Positions 52,135 to 62,055 of a DNA stretch of 64,000 nucleotides are shown here, piece after piece (the first letter of the stretch is position 1; every line of letters starts with the position of its first letter). The position numbers were made by a program, and so were the translations under genes. Below the pieces are notes generated by a model that was given only the letters and a program-made list of their open reading frames with translations, was not told where the DNA came from and ran no database searches. The DNA comes from an uncultured Pelagibacteraceae bacterium (lineage in GTDB: Bacteria; Pseudomonadota; Alphaproteobacteria; Pelagibacterales; AG-422-B15), in assembly GCA_902588785.1 (NCBI GenBank), contig CACIQL010000001.1, forward strand, positions 7,119-71,118, in the 5' to 3' direction.

Positions 52135-52758
52135 CTACTCTCCATAAAGACGCAGACCATATGCAGTTACATATATGGAGATAACGAAAGAAAGCATTGA
52201 TAATGCTAATAGAATTGGCCAAGAACCAGTATCAGAGCCAAAAATAATAAAAGGCACAAATAGTGGTATCATTATAATTGCTTTCAAAAAAATTGTTCTT
52301 CTGGCACCAAGCGTTAGTGCGCTCACGAAATTTGAAATGAAAACCATACCGAACGAGCCTATGAATAAATTTATAAATATTTGTATGGTCTCTGAATAAT
52401 CCAAATAAAATAGAAAACTCAATATTGGTAGAATTACTAAAAGTGGAAGACAATAAATAAACCAATGTGTTATATATTTACTGATTATTAAATACTCAAT
52501 CGTCTTATTTTTCTGCATAATAATATCTAAATTGCCATCCTCATAATCAGCATTATAAATCCTATCAACTGTAATAATGATTGATAAAGCTAGCGCAATC
52601 CAAACTACACCTCTAAATAAAACTTTAAGCTGCTCAGTTTGAGTACCAAATGCAAATGGTATTAACATTAGAATAAGGATAAAAAAAGATACCGTAAAAA
52701 AGAAATTAGCACTCGAATAAAAAGATAATAATAGATCTCTTTTGATTAGGTTAGACAT
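52135..52758 (-). CDS. ccmB: Heme exporter permease CcmB
   Basis: 207 aa with about 6 TM segments. Lies between ccmA and ccmC. Confidence 0.85.
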   Translation of the reverse strand: MSNLIKRDLLLSFYSSANFFFTVSFFILILMLIPFAFGTQTEQLKVLFRGVVWIALALSIIITVDRIYNADYEDGNLDIIMQKNKTIEYLIISKYITHWFIYCLPLLVILPILSFLFYLDYSETIQIFINLFIGSFGMVFISNFVSALTLGARRTIFLKAIIMIPLFVPFIIFGSDTGSWPILLALSMLSFVISIYVTAYGLRLYGE

Positions 52759-52759
52759 A

Positions 52760-53359
52760 TTAAATATTCATTTCCTTATGAAATTTTTTCGGTAAATTTA
52801 TATTAGAAGTAAGTATAACGGTTCCCCCATTTTCATTAAATTGATTAATTTTTTCTATAAGTAAGTTTGTGTTGACCTCATCAAGAAAAACAAATGGTTC
52901 ATCTAAAAACCACAGATCACATTTATTATAATTAAGTCTGTGGAGGGAAATACATTTTTTTAGTCCATCACTTAAGGAACTAACATCCTTATTAATCAAA
53001 TGATACAAATTGTTATGTTCTAATAGCTTTGCGTGATTAGGAGCTTCATTAAAAAGAATATCCCATAACTCTAAATTTTTTTTTATAGAAAGATTTTCTT
53101 TTAAAGAATTCTTTTGGCCAATTAGGTTGAATTTACTATTGTATAAATTATCATCGTTTATACCGACATCATTAAACAATACCTTGCCCTCGTAAGATGT
53201 TATAAAATTGGATAGAATTCTTAAAAGGGTAGTTTTGCCAGAGCCATTTCGCCCTTTAACGACCAATGTTTCACCTGACTTAATTGAAAAATTAATATTA
53301 TTGAGAACTATGTTTTCTCCTCTTTTACAACTCAAATTCTCAGTTTTTAGTTCGTTCAT
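52760..53359 (-). CDS. ccmA: Heme exporter ATP-binding protein CcmA
   Basis: Walker A GRNGSGKTTLL, ABC signature LSDGLKK, Walker B LWFLDEP. Confidence 0.88.
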   Translation of the reverse strand: MNELKTENLSCKRGENIVLNNINFSIKSGETLVVKGRNGSGKTTLLRILSNFITSYEGKVLFNDVGINDDNLYNSKFNLIGQKNSLKENLSIKKNLELWDILFNEAPNHAKLLEHNNLYHLINKDVSSLSDGLKKCISLHRLNYNKCDLWFLDEPFVFLDEVNTNLLIEKINQFNENGGTVILTSNINLPKKFHKEMNI

Positions 53360-53418
53360 TATAAACTTTATGTTGATAGCTTGATAAATTAGTCTAAATA
53401 TAGCAGCAGTAAACCTCT

Positions 53419-56106
53419 ATGTACGACAGCTTTAAGACAAAAAAAACACTAAAAATAGGAAAAAAAACCTATACCTATTACAGTTTCAAAGCGGCTGAAA
53501 AAAATGGCCTTAAAAATTTATCCGCATTACCATTTTCTATAAAAGTTCTTTTGGAAAACCTAATAAGAAATGAAGATGGGTCTACTGTTGAATTAAATGA
53601 CATTAAAGAATTTGAGAAATGGAAGTCTGATAAAAAAGTTAATAAAGAAATTAATTTTAGGCCTGCACGAGTTCTAATGCAGGATTTCACAGGTGTTCCA
53701 GCTGTGGTTGATCTTGCGTCAATGAGATCTGCGATAAAGAATGAAAAAGGTGATCCTAAAAAAGTCAATCCATTATCGCCAGTTGATTTGGTAATTGATC
53801 ACTCTGTTATGGTAGACAAATTTGGAACAGCAACTGCTCATAAAGCAAATGTTGATTTAGAATACAAAAGAAATATTGAGAGATATGAATTTTTAAGATG
53901 GGGACAAAAGTCCTTTAATAACTTTAGGGTAGTGCCTCCAGGAACAGGTATATGTCACCAAGTTAATTTAGAATATCTCGCTAAAACAGTTTGGTCAGAA
54001 AAGAAAAAAATTAAAAATAAAAAAGTCAATTTAGCTTATCCAGATACGGTTGTAGGAACTGATAGTCACACAACAATGATCAATGGACTTTCTGTTCTTG
54101 GCTGGGGCGTTGGTGGAATAGAGGCTGAAGCTGCAATGTTAGGTCAGCCAATTTCTATGGTGGTTCCTGAAGTTATTGGCTTTGAGATTAAAGGAAAAAT
54201 CAAAGACGGAATAACCGCTACTGATTTGGTTTTAACAATTACCGAACAATTAAGAAAAAAGGGTGTAGTTGGAAAATTTGTAGAATTCTATGGAAGAGGA
54301 CTGAAAGAGTTATCTGTTCCTGATCGAGCAACAATTTCAAATATGGCTCCAGAGTATGGAGCAACTTGTGGATTTTTTCCAATAGATGAGGAGACTATAA
54401 AATTTTTAAAAGTTAGCGGAAGAGCTGCTGATGAAATTAAACTTGTAGAGAAATATTCAAAAGCACAAGGGTTATGGGAAGATTATAAAAAAAATAAAAG
54501 AGTTTACACTGATACGATGGAATTAGATTTATCAAGTATAGAACCAAGTTTAGCTGGGCCAAAAAGGCCACAAGATAAAATCTTATTATCAAATGTTGCC
54601 GATCAATTTGTTAGTTCATTCGAGAAGGAATTTAGTAATGACAAAGTTGAAAACTCGTCCTCTGTAAAAAATGAGACATTCGAAATTGATCATGGTCATG
54701 TTGCAATTGCTGCAATTACAAGCTGTACTAACACATCTAATCCAAGTGTCATGATAGGGGCCGGAATTTTAGCAAAGAAAGCATATGAATTAGGTCTTAA
54801 AACTAAACCTTGGGTAAAAACTTCACTTGCACCAGGCTCTAAGGTTGTAACTGATTACCTCGAAAAGTCTGGACTTCAGAAACATCTTGATAAGCTAGGA
54901 TTTAACTTAGTTGGATTTGGATGTACGACGTGTATTGGTAATTCTGGTCCATTAGATGAAAATATTGCTGAAGCAATTACAAGTAATGATTTAATTGTAA
55001 GCGGCGTTTTATCAGGTAACAGAAACTTTGAGGGAAGAATTAATCCATTTGTGAAGGCAAACTATTTGGCATCGCCACCACTTGTTGTTGCATATGCATT
55101 GGCAGGATCAACAAAAATTAACCTAACAAAGGACCCAATTGGTATTGGTAAAAATAATAAAGAAATTTACCTAAAGGATATATGGCCAAAATCAAAAGAG
55201 ATAAAATCAATAATTAATAAAATTATTAATTCAAATTTGTATAAGAAAAGATACAAAAATGTATTTAAGGGTGATAAAAAATGGAACTCAGTTAAATCAC
55301 CAAGTGGGCTAACTTATAAATGGAATAAGAAATCAACCTACGTTCAACACCCACCATATTTTGAAAATTTAGATTTTGAGAAGAATAATATAAATGATGT
55401 AAAGAATGCTCAAATTTTAGCACTCTTTGGAGACTCCGTAACTACAGACCACATAAGTCCTGCGGGTTCCATTAAAGAAGATGGACCAGCTGGTATATAT
55501 TTAACTAAAAATAGAATTAATAAAGTAGATTTTAATTCCTTTGGTGCTCGACGTGGAAATCATGAAGTCATGATGAGGGGTACATTCTCAAATATTAGAA
55601 TAAAAAATGAAATGGTGAAAAATATTGAGGGAGGAATCACGATTCATCATCCATCTAATAAGCAAATGACGATTTACGATGCATCAGTAAAATACCAAAA
55701 ATCTAATACGCCTCTTGTAATATTTGCTGGAAAAGACTATGGAATGGGCTCCTCAAGAGATTGGGCAGCGAAAGGAACGAAGCTACTAGGAGTTAAAGCG
55801 GTAATAGCAGAGTCTTTTGAACGGATTCACAGATCAAATCTTATTGGCATGGGAGTACTACCATTTCAGTTCATGGAAAAAGAAAACAGACTATCTCTAG
55901 GTCTTAAAGGTAACGAAAGAATAACCATTACTGGCTTATCAAATGATATATCACCTGGGATGGATGTTAAAATGCTTATTATTTATTCAAATGGAAAAAA
56001 TAAGACACATCGCTTAAGGCTTTTAGTAAACACCTCAACAGAAATAGATTATCTAAAAACAGGAGGAATACTTCAGTATGTTTACAAAAATATTTCCAAT
56101 CAATAG
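53419..56106 (+). CDS. acnA: Aconitate hydratase A
   Basis: 895 aa. ARVLMQDFTGVPAVVDLA, GTDSHT, CTNTSNP, GCTTCIGNSG, GSSRDWAAKG. Confidence 0.97.
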   Translation: MYDSFKTKKTLKIGKKTYTYYSFKAAEKNGLKNLSALPFSIKVLLENLIRNEDGSTVELNDIKEFEKWKSDKKVNKEINFRPARVLMQDFTGVPAVVDLASMRSAIKNEKGDPKKVNPLSPVDLVIDHSVMVDKFGTATAHKANVDLEYKRNIERYEFLRWGQKSFNNFRVVPPGTGICHQVNLEYLAKTVWSEKKKIKNKKVNLAYPDTVVGTDSHTTMINGLSVLGWGVGGIEAEAAMLGQPISMVVPEVIGFEIKGKIKDGITATDLVLTITEQLRKKGVVGKFVEFYGRGLKELSVPDRATISNMAPEYGATCGFFPIDEETIKFLKVSGRAADEIKLVEKYSKAQGLWEDYKKNKRVYTDTMELDLSSIEPSLAGPKRPQDKILLSNVADQFVSSFEKEFSNDKVENSSSVKNETFEIDHGHVAIAAITSCTNTSNPSVMIGAGILAKKAYELGLKTKPWVKTSLAPGSKVVTDYLEKSGLQKHLDKLGFNLVGFGCTTCIGNSGPLDENIAEAITSNDLIVSGVLSGNRNFEGRINPFVKANYLASPPLVVAYALAGSTKINLTKDPIGIGKNNKEIYLKDIWPKSKEIKSIINKIINSNLYKKRYKNVFKGDKKWNSVKSPSGLTYKWNKKSTYVQHPPYFENLDFEKNNINDVKNAQILALFGDSVTTDHISPAGSIKEDGPAGIYLTKNRINKVDFNSFGARRGNHEVMMRGTFSNIRIKNEMVKNIEGGITIHHPSNKQMTIYDASVKYQKSNTPLVIFAGKDYGMGSSRDWAAKGTKLLGVKAVIAESFERIHRSNLIGMGVLPFQFMEKENRLSLGLKGNERITITGLSNDISPGMDVKMLIIYSNGKNKTHRLRLLVNTSTEIDYLKTGGILQYVYKNISNQ

Positions 56107-56108
56107 GT

Positions 56109-56732
56109 TCAATTAATATAACTTGACATAAAGTCCATCGAAACTGACTGACCACCTATTGTTTTTCTTATAGTTTCAAATATTTGTGTTGTCATCGCTT
56201 CAAAACTTTTACGGTCATTTTTGTATTTTTCACGCTCAAGATTAATACCTACTTCAACACAAACATCGCTACAATCTGTAAAGAAAAAATTCATATTTCC
56301 AAAATCAGGTTGATCAACCGAACAGGTTTCTTCAAAATTTCCAGAGCCGCGAGTATTAATATTAACTATTGAACCTTCTTGAGCATTAAATCCGCCTTCA
56401 CATCCAAAAAAAGTTTTTCTGTAAGATGTTTCCTCCGACTTTGAGCCTAGTAATGCATATGTAATGATATCATTATATCTTCTCACGTCCTCATCAACAT
56501 CTGAGGGCACTAAAGTAGCATAAACATAAAAATTACCTGATTGTACACTGCCAGATTTTTCTAAGTCATCCACCTTCCAATTTCCTGGAAGCAATGGAAG
56601 ATTAGCAATATTGTAAGCTCCATTTATACTACCAGAATACGTCTCGAGGTCGTTAAACTCCTGAGCATTAACGTTAAATACAAAAAATATTGCGATCAAT
56701 TTTATTGATAAGAATTTTATTAGTGACTTCAT
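56109..56732 (-). CDS. Secreted Cys-containing protein, function unknown
   Basis: 207 aa with signal peptide MKSLIKFLSIKLIAIFFVFNVNAQE and five Cys in the mature part. No motif I recognise. Confidence 0.45.
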   Translation of the reverse strand: MKSLIKFLSIKLIAIFFVFNVNAQEFNDLETYSGSINGAYNIANLPLLPGNWKVDDLEKSGSVQSGNFYVYATLVPSDVDEDVRRYNDIITYALLGSKSEETSYRKTFFGCEGGFNAQEGSIVNINTRGSGNFEETCSVDQPDFGNMNFFFTDCSDVCVEVGINLEREKYKNDRKSFEAMTTQIFETIRKTIGGQSVSMDFMSSYIN

Positions 56733-56803
56733 GAATATCCCTTTTTTTATTTTTGAGATATTATAGCGATTTTATTTTATGGATTGGAGTCTTAATTTTA
56801 GAA

Positions 56804-58687
56804 TTAATTTATCGATGTAGTGATGGTTTCAATAAGTTTTTTTGAAAATTCAACAGGATCTGATGGCTTTTCACCATCAAGAATCTTAGATTGTTCGTAA
56901 AGTAAAATTGAAATATTCTCTACTTCACTAATTGATGCTTTATCTTTACTCATTTTAGCAAGTTTTTTTATGAGTTTGTGTTGAGGATTAATTTCCAAAA
57001 CTTTAAGGGAAAGACCCTGATTGAGCTGATTGTGCTGCTGAAGTATTTTTTCAAGCTGAGGATCCATTGCGCCTTCATCACTTACTAGACATACAGGGCT
57101 ATCTGTAAGTCTTGAGGACACTCTAACGTCTTTAACTTTTTCCTTTAATTTTTCTTTTAGTAGATTAATCAGTGGCTCAACAGATTTTTCATTTTTATCA
57201 TCTTTTTTTTCTCCATCAATTTTATTCAGGTCATCCATTCCCCTTGTAACAGATTTAAAACTCTTCTCTTGATATGATGGGGTTGATGAAGTCCAAAAGC
57301 TGTCTACAGGGTCATCCAATATAAGCACATTAATATCTCTTGACTTATAGCCCTCTAAACTTGGATTATTGATTATATTTTCATAACTATCACCGGTCAT
57401 AAAGTAAATATCCTTTTGTTTTTTACCCATTGACTCTATGTATTCATTTAATGTGATGAGTTTTTTTGATTTTGAGTTCTTAAATAATGATATTTCTAGA
57501 ATTGAGTCTTTCCTCTCGAAGTCTTCATAAATTCCCTCTTTTAGTACTGGACCAAAATTTTCCCAGAATTTTTCATACGACTCCCTGTCTTTATCAATCT
57601 TTTTTTTGAGATCAGAAATTGTTCTTTTAACTAGAGATGATCTTATTTTCGTAACGACTGGGTTGTTTTGAAGCATTTCGCGACTTATGTTTAATGGAAG
57701 ATCTTCCGAGTCAATGATACCTCTTAGAAAACGAAGATAAGGAGGAATAAGTTCTGGACAATTGTCTGTGATAAATACTCTTTTAACATAAAGTTTAAGT
57801 CTATTTTCTCTTGCTGGATCATAAAGATCAAAAGGTTTAGTTGATGGAATAAAATTTAATACAGTATATTCAATTTTTCCTTCGGCCTTATAATGAGACG
57901 TCATCCAAGGATCATCAAACATCTGTCCTGCGTGATTATAGAACTCTTTATATTGTTCCACAGTAATTTTATTTTTAGGTCGCGTCCAAATAGCTGACGC
58001 AGAATTAACAGAATCAATTTTTTCATCTTTTTTTTCAGAGCCATCACTCAAATAAATTGGAATACTTATATGATCTGAATATCTTTTAATTATATTTTCA
58101 ATTCTATCTTTATCTAAATACTCTTTAGATTCCTTCGTTAAAGTAAGTTTTATTGAGGTTCCTCTATTCGATTCTAGAAGATTTAAGTCTTCACTCTCCT
58201 CAATGGTAAAGCTGCTTTCTCCATCAGACGTCCAGATCCAAAGTTTATTTTCTCCGGCTTTGCGTGTAGTAACTTTAGTTTGTGAAGCAACCATAAAAGC
58301 AGAGTAAAAACCGACACCGAATTGACCAATGAGTGAAAGATCTTTTGTTTTAGACTCAGACAGTTCTTTTAAAAAATGTGCAGTACCAGAGCGTGCGATT
58401 GTTCCAAGGTTAGAAACAAGATCCTTTTTATTCATTCCAATTCCGTTATCGGAAATTGTGATTAGATTGTTTTTTTTATCAATCGTGATCTGAATTTTGA
58501 AATTGGGATCATCCTTTATGAGTTTTTCTTTGGTATTTGAAAGGTATCTTAATTTATCACATGCATCAGAAGCATTAGATACAAGCTCCCTTACAAACAC
58601 TTCTTTTTCTGAATAAACAGAATTTATCATCAATTTGAGTAATTGACTGACCTCTGTTTGAAACTCTAATTTTTCTGATTTAGGCAT
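56804..58687 (-). CDS. htpG: Chaperone HtpG (Hsp90)
   Basis: FQTEVSQLLKLMINSVYS, ELVSNASDA, GQFGVGFYS. Confidence 0.97.
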   Translation of the reverse strand: MPKSEKLEFQTEVSQLLKLMINSVYSEKEVFVRELVSNASDACDKLRYLSNTKEKLIKDDPNFKIQITIDKKNNLITISDNGIGMNKKDLVSNLGTIARSGTAHFLKELSESKTKDLSLIGQFGVGFYSAFMVASQTKVTTRKAGENKLWIWTSDGESSFTIEESEDLNLLESNRGTSIKLTLTKESKEYLDKDRIENIIKRYSDHISIPIYLSDGSEKKDEKIDSVNSASAIWTRPKNKITVEQYKEFYNHAGQMFDDPWMTSHYKAEGKIEYTVLNFIPSTKPFDLYDPARENRLKLYVKRVFITDNCPELIPPYLRFLRGIIDSEDLPLNISREMLQNNPVVTKIRSSLVKRTISDLKKKIDKDRESYEKFWENFGPVLKEGIYEDFERKDSILEISLFKNSKSKKLITLNEYIESMGKKQKDIYFMTGDSYENIINNPSLEGYKSRDINVLILDDPVDSFWTSSTPSYQEKSFKSVTRGMDDLNKIDGEKKDDKNEKSVEPLINLLKEKLKEKVKDVRVSSRLTDSPVCLVSDEGAMDPQLEKILQQHNQLNQGLSLKVLEINPQHKLIKKLAKMSKDKASISEVENISILLYEQSKILDGEKPSDPVEFSKKLIETITTSIN

Positions 58688-58705
58688 AATTTTTATTCTC
58701 AGAAA

Positions 58706-58736
58706 CTATATTGGAATTATTCATCGAAATTCAAGG
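58706..58736 (-). promoter_or_regulatory. Candidate RpoH (sigma-32)-type heat-shock promoter for htpG
   Basis: Minus strand: CCTTGAAT, 14-nt spacer, CCAATATAG. Compare the E. coli consensus CTTGAAA ... CCCCATNT. It ends 19 nt upstream of the htpG ATG. Confidence 0.3.
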
Positions 58737-58816
58737 CGATTTAGATGATGTAATCGTGAAATTTTTCCCTAATTTCGTTGTTTTTTTTACATTTTTCAAG
58801 TTAACATGAGATAACA

Positions 58817-59170
58817 ATGACAATACACTACATTAGTCCTAATTTATCCTATAAGAGCTCTAATCGATCAAAAAACAAGTTTATTAGCTTTCATAAATCT
58901 GAACTTAATCTCATACTTTCTGTTTATGCTCAAAAAGTCAGTCAAGGACATTGGAAAGACTATGCAATAGATCATGGAAAATACAATGCAGTATTTTCAA
59001 TTTATCGCAGTACTTTCGAAAATGCTTTTTTAAGAATAATTAAAAATAAAAACAAAGGTAAGCATATAACATTCACATTAATCGATTTTAATAATAAAAA
59101 AATTAAAGAAAGTGAATATCTATCAGATATTACAAAATATCTTAAAGTTTCTGTAAAACGTATAGCCTGA
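58817..59170 (+). CDS. Small conserved alphaproteobacterial protein (DUF2794-like)
   Basis: 117 aa. FHKSELNLILSVYAQKVSQGHWKDYAID resembles the DUF2794 core as I remember it. Unverified. Confidence 0.45.
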   Translation: MTIHYISPNLSYKSSNRSKNKFISFHKSELNLILSVYAQKVSQGHWKDYAIDHGKYNAVFSIYRSTFENAFLRIIKNKNKGKHITFTLIDFNNKKIKESEYLSDITKYLKVSVKRIA

Positions 59171-59172
59171 TT

Positions 59173-59907
59173 TTATCTTCTTTGACCAAAAAGTCTCAGT
59201 AACATTATAAATAAATTTATAAAATCAAGATAAAGTGTTAATGCGCCCATGATGGCTTTTTTAGCAGCAACTTCTCCACTATCATATGCCATGTACATAT
59301 TTTTAATCTTTTGCGTATCGTAAGCTGTTAAGCCAACAAAAATTAAAACACCTAAAATAGATATGCCATAATATAATGCGGGTGATTGCATGAATATATT
59401 TACAATTGATGCGATTATAATTCCAATCAGTCCCATAAATAAAAACGATCCAAAATTAGTTAGATCTCTTTTTGTTGTATAACCATATATACTCATTGCG
59501 CCAAATGTACTTGCAGTTATAAAGAATACTCGGGCGATACTAGCGCCTGTATAAGTTAAAAAAATAGTTGATAAAGATAAGCCCATAAGAAACGCAAATA
59601 CCCAAAACATTGTCTGTGCTCGAGAAGCAGACATTCCTCTTATTCCAAAACTCATATACATAACAATACCAAGAGGCGCTAATGCAACTACCCACATCAT
59701 TGGACCCGTATAAAGAGTAACGCCTAAGTTTGTGAGACCTACAATTTCTCCTGTCGGACCCATTACTGCAGTGGCTTGAAATAACATGTATGCGACTAAA
59801 CCTGTTAAAGCTAAACCTGATGCCATATAATTATAAACACTTAGCATGTATTGTCTAAGACCAGCATCAATTGCGGGTGATGATTGAGCTCTAGTTTGAT
59901 ATTCCAT
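59173..59907 (-). CDS. Bax inhibitor-1 / YbhL-YccA family membrane protein
   Basis: 244 aa with about 7 TM segments, LRQYMLSVYNYM near the N-terminus, and a basic C-terminus. Typical of the BI-1 family. Confidence 0.85.
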   Translation of the reverse strand: MEYQTRAQSSPAIDAGLRQYMLSVYNYMASGLALTGLVAYMLFQATAVMGPTGEIVGLTNLGVTLYTGPMMWVVALAPLGIVMYMSFGIRGMSASRAQTMFWVFAFLMGLSLSTIFLTYTGASIARVFFITASTFGAMSIYGYTTKRDLTNFGSFLFMGLIGIIIASIVNIFMQSPALYYGISILGVLIFVGLTAYDTQKIKNMYMAYDSGEVAAKKAIMGALTLYLDFINLFIMLLRLFGQRR

Positions 59908-60025
59908 ATAGAAAAACCTCTTGTATTATTTGTTAACTGTATTTTAATACATAATTATAAATAGGATCAATACAAGTTATTAATTGTTATGATTTTATTG
60001 AGTTATTTCAATAAGATAGGAGAAT

Positions 60026-61042
60026 ATGATGAAAAAGGTTTTAGTCACAGGTGCTTCAGGATTTATAGCTGAACACTGCATAATAGAACTTCTTAAAAAT
60101 GGTTATTCAGTAAAGGGGTCGCTACGATCAATGAATAGAGAACAAGAAGTTAGAGATGCAATCAAGACCGGAGCCAATGATGAAAATTTAGAATTTTGTA
60201 AACTCGACCTACTAGAAGATGACGGTTGGGAAGATGCAATGTGGGATTGTGATTATTTGATGCATGTTGCCTCTCCATTTGTAATAGAAGATCCAAAAGA
60301 TGAAAATGAACTAATTAAACCTGCAAAGGAAGGAACTCTTAGAGCGCTCAATGCAGCAAAAAAGGGTGGTATAAAAAGAGTTGTTCTCACTTCTTCTGTT
60401 GCCGCTGTTAACTCACATATGATGTCAGGAACAAGCGATCATACAACTTGGACGGATATTAATAGCAAGTATGTTACTCCTTATCAAAAAAGTAAAACAA
60501 TTGCAGAAAAAGCTGCTTGGGATTTTTATAATAATCAAGACAGTAATAATAGAATTGAGTTAGCAGTTATTAATCCCGGAGGTGTAATGGGACCTCAACT
60601 TGGAAATGACTTAGGTGGGGCTTCAACACAAATAGTCTCACAGCTTATTTCTGGAAAGTTTCCGATGATACCCGCATTGTCATTTCCCTTCATTGATGTG
60701 AGAGATGTAGCCATTCTTCATTTAAAAGCTATGACCACCCCTGAAGCTGATGGAAAAAGATTTATTGCAGCACATTCTGAGCCTACTTGGATGTATCAAG
60801 TTGCAGAGGTCTTAAGTGCAGCTGGATATGAAAAAATCAAACTGAAGAAGGCACCTTCATTCATGCTCAAATTGATTGGCTTGTTTGATAACAAGACAAA
60901 AAGCTTAGTTCCAATGCTGGATAAGTATGTACCGTGCGATAACTCTCAAACCGTTAAGATACTTAACTGGGAACCTATGCCATGGGAACAAGCCTTTATT
61001 GAACATGCAAAATCCATTGAGGCAATTAAGAATAACGCCTAA
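60026..61042 (+). CDS. NAD(P)-dependent extended SDR (dihydroflavonol/cinnamoyl-CoA/aldehyde reductase-like), paralog 1
   Basis: Rossmann motif VTGASGFIA and catalytic YxxxK (YQKSK). SD AGGAG upstream. Confidence 0.8.
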   Translation: MMKKVLVTGASGFIAEHCIIELLKNGYSVKGSLRSMNREQEVRDAIKTGANDENLEFCKLDLLEDDGWEDAMWDCDYLMHVASPFVIEDPKDENELIKPAKEGTLRALNAAKKGGIKRVVLTSSVAAVNSHMMSGTSDHTTWTDINSKYVTPYQKSKTIAEKAAWDFYNNQDSNNRIELAVINPGGVMGPQLGNDLGGASTQIVSQLISGKFPMIPALSFPFIDVRDVAILHLKAMTTPEADGKRFIAAHSEPTWMYQVAEVLSAAGYEKIKLKKAPSFMLKLIGLFDNKTKSLVPMLDKYVPCDNSQTVKILNWEPMPWEQAFIEHAKSIEAIKNNA

Positions 61043-61044
61043 TT

Positions 61045-62055
61045 ATGGAGAAAGTTCTAGTTACTGGAGGTTCGGGGTATATAGCGCAACATTGCATAGT
61101 TGAATTACTCAAAAGAGGTTACTCTGTAAAAACTTCATTACGCTCTGAAAATCGTGAAGCAGAAGTAAGGCAGGCAATAGCTAAAGAGGTTGATGCAAGA
61201 AATAGTCTTGAGTTTTGTAAATTAGACTTACTAAATGATGAAGGGTGGGATGAGGCGGTTGCTGGCTGTACATATGTATTGCACGTTGCATCTCCACTAA
61301 CAGACAAAGCACCAGATGATGAAAATGAGATCATCCAACCAGCTAAGGAAGGTCTTTTAAGGGCGCTTAAAAGCTCAATCAAAAACAAGATTAAAAGATT
61401 TGTCATGACTTCATCGTTTTCAGCTGTGGGCTATGGAAACGAAGAAAAAATATATGATGAGAGCCATTGGACTGATCCAACTCAAAATATTGGCGCATAC
61501 AACAAGAGTAAGGCAATTGCTGAAAAAGAAATGTGGTCTTACCTGAACAGTCTTAGTGACGATGAAAAAATAGAAGCCGTTGCAATAAACCCTACTTTAG
61601 TTGTAGGTCCATCGTTATCTGATGATGTTGGAACTTCAAATGTTTTTATTCAAAGAATGTTGGACGGCTCCTACCCCGTTGTACCAAAAGTTCATTTTGG
61701 ATGGGTTACCGTTAAAGATACAGCAAGAGCACACGTTGAGGCAATGATTCATCCAGATGCAAATGGAAAGAGATTCATACTTGCAGAAAAATGTATGTGG
61801 CTGTCCGATATGAATAAACTTTTAAGGAAACATGGTTATAAAAAAGCCCCTTCAATCGAGGCTCCAAATATTTTAATGAAGTTTCTAGGATTATTTAGTA
61901 AAGAAGCTGGGGCAATATCGGGGTTTGTTGGTAAAACAAAATTTACTAATTCCGAAAATGCTAAAAATATTTTAAAATTTAATTTCGAAAGTGCAGATGA
62001 AGCAATCATGCAAACTGTAAAACAATTTGAAGAACTTGGGCTAATTACTAAATAA
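61045..62055 (+). CDS. NAD(P)-dependent extended SDR, paralog 2 (tandem duplicate)
   Basis: VTGGSGYIA and YNKSK. Colinear with paralog 1; roughly half the residues are identical over the N-terminal ~130 aa by eye. Starts 2 nt after the paralog 1 stop. Confidence 0.8.
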   Translation: MEKVLVTGGSGYIAQHCIVELLKRGYSVKTSLRSENREAEVRQAIAKEVDARNSLEFCKLDLLNDEGWDEAVAGCTYVLHVASPLTDKAPDDENEIIQPAKEGLLRALKSSIKNKIKRFVMTSSFSAVGYGNEEKIYDESHWTDPTQNIGAYNKSKAIAEKEMWSYLNSLSDDEKIEAVAINPTLVVGPSLSDDVGTSNVFIQRMLDGSYPVVPKVHFGWVTVKDTARAHVEAMIHPDANGKRFILAEKCMWLSDMNKLLRKHGYKKAPSIEAPNILMKFLGLFSKEAGAISGFVGKTKFTNSENAKNILKFNFESADEAIMQTVKQFEELGLITK

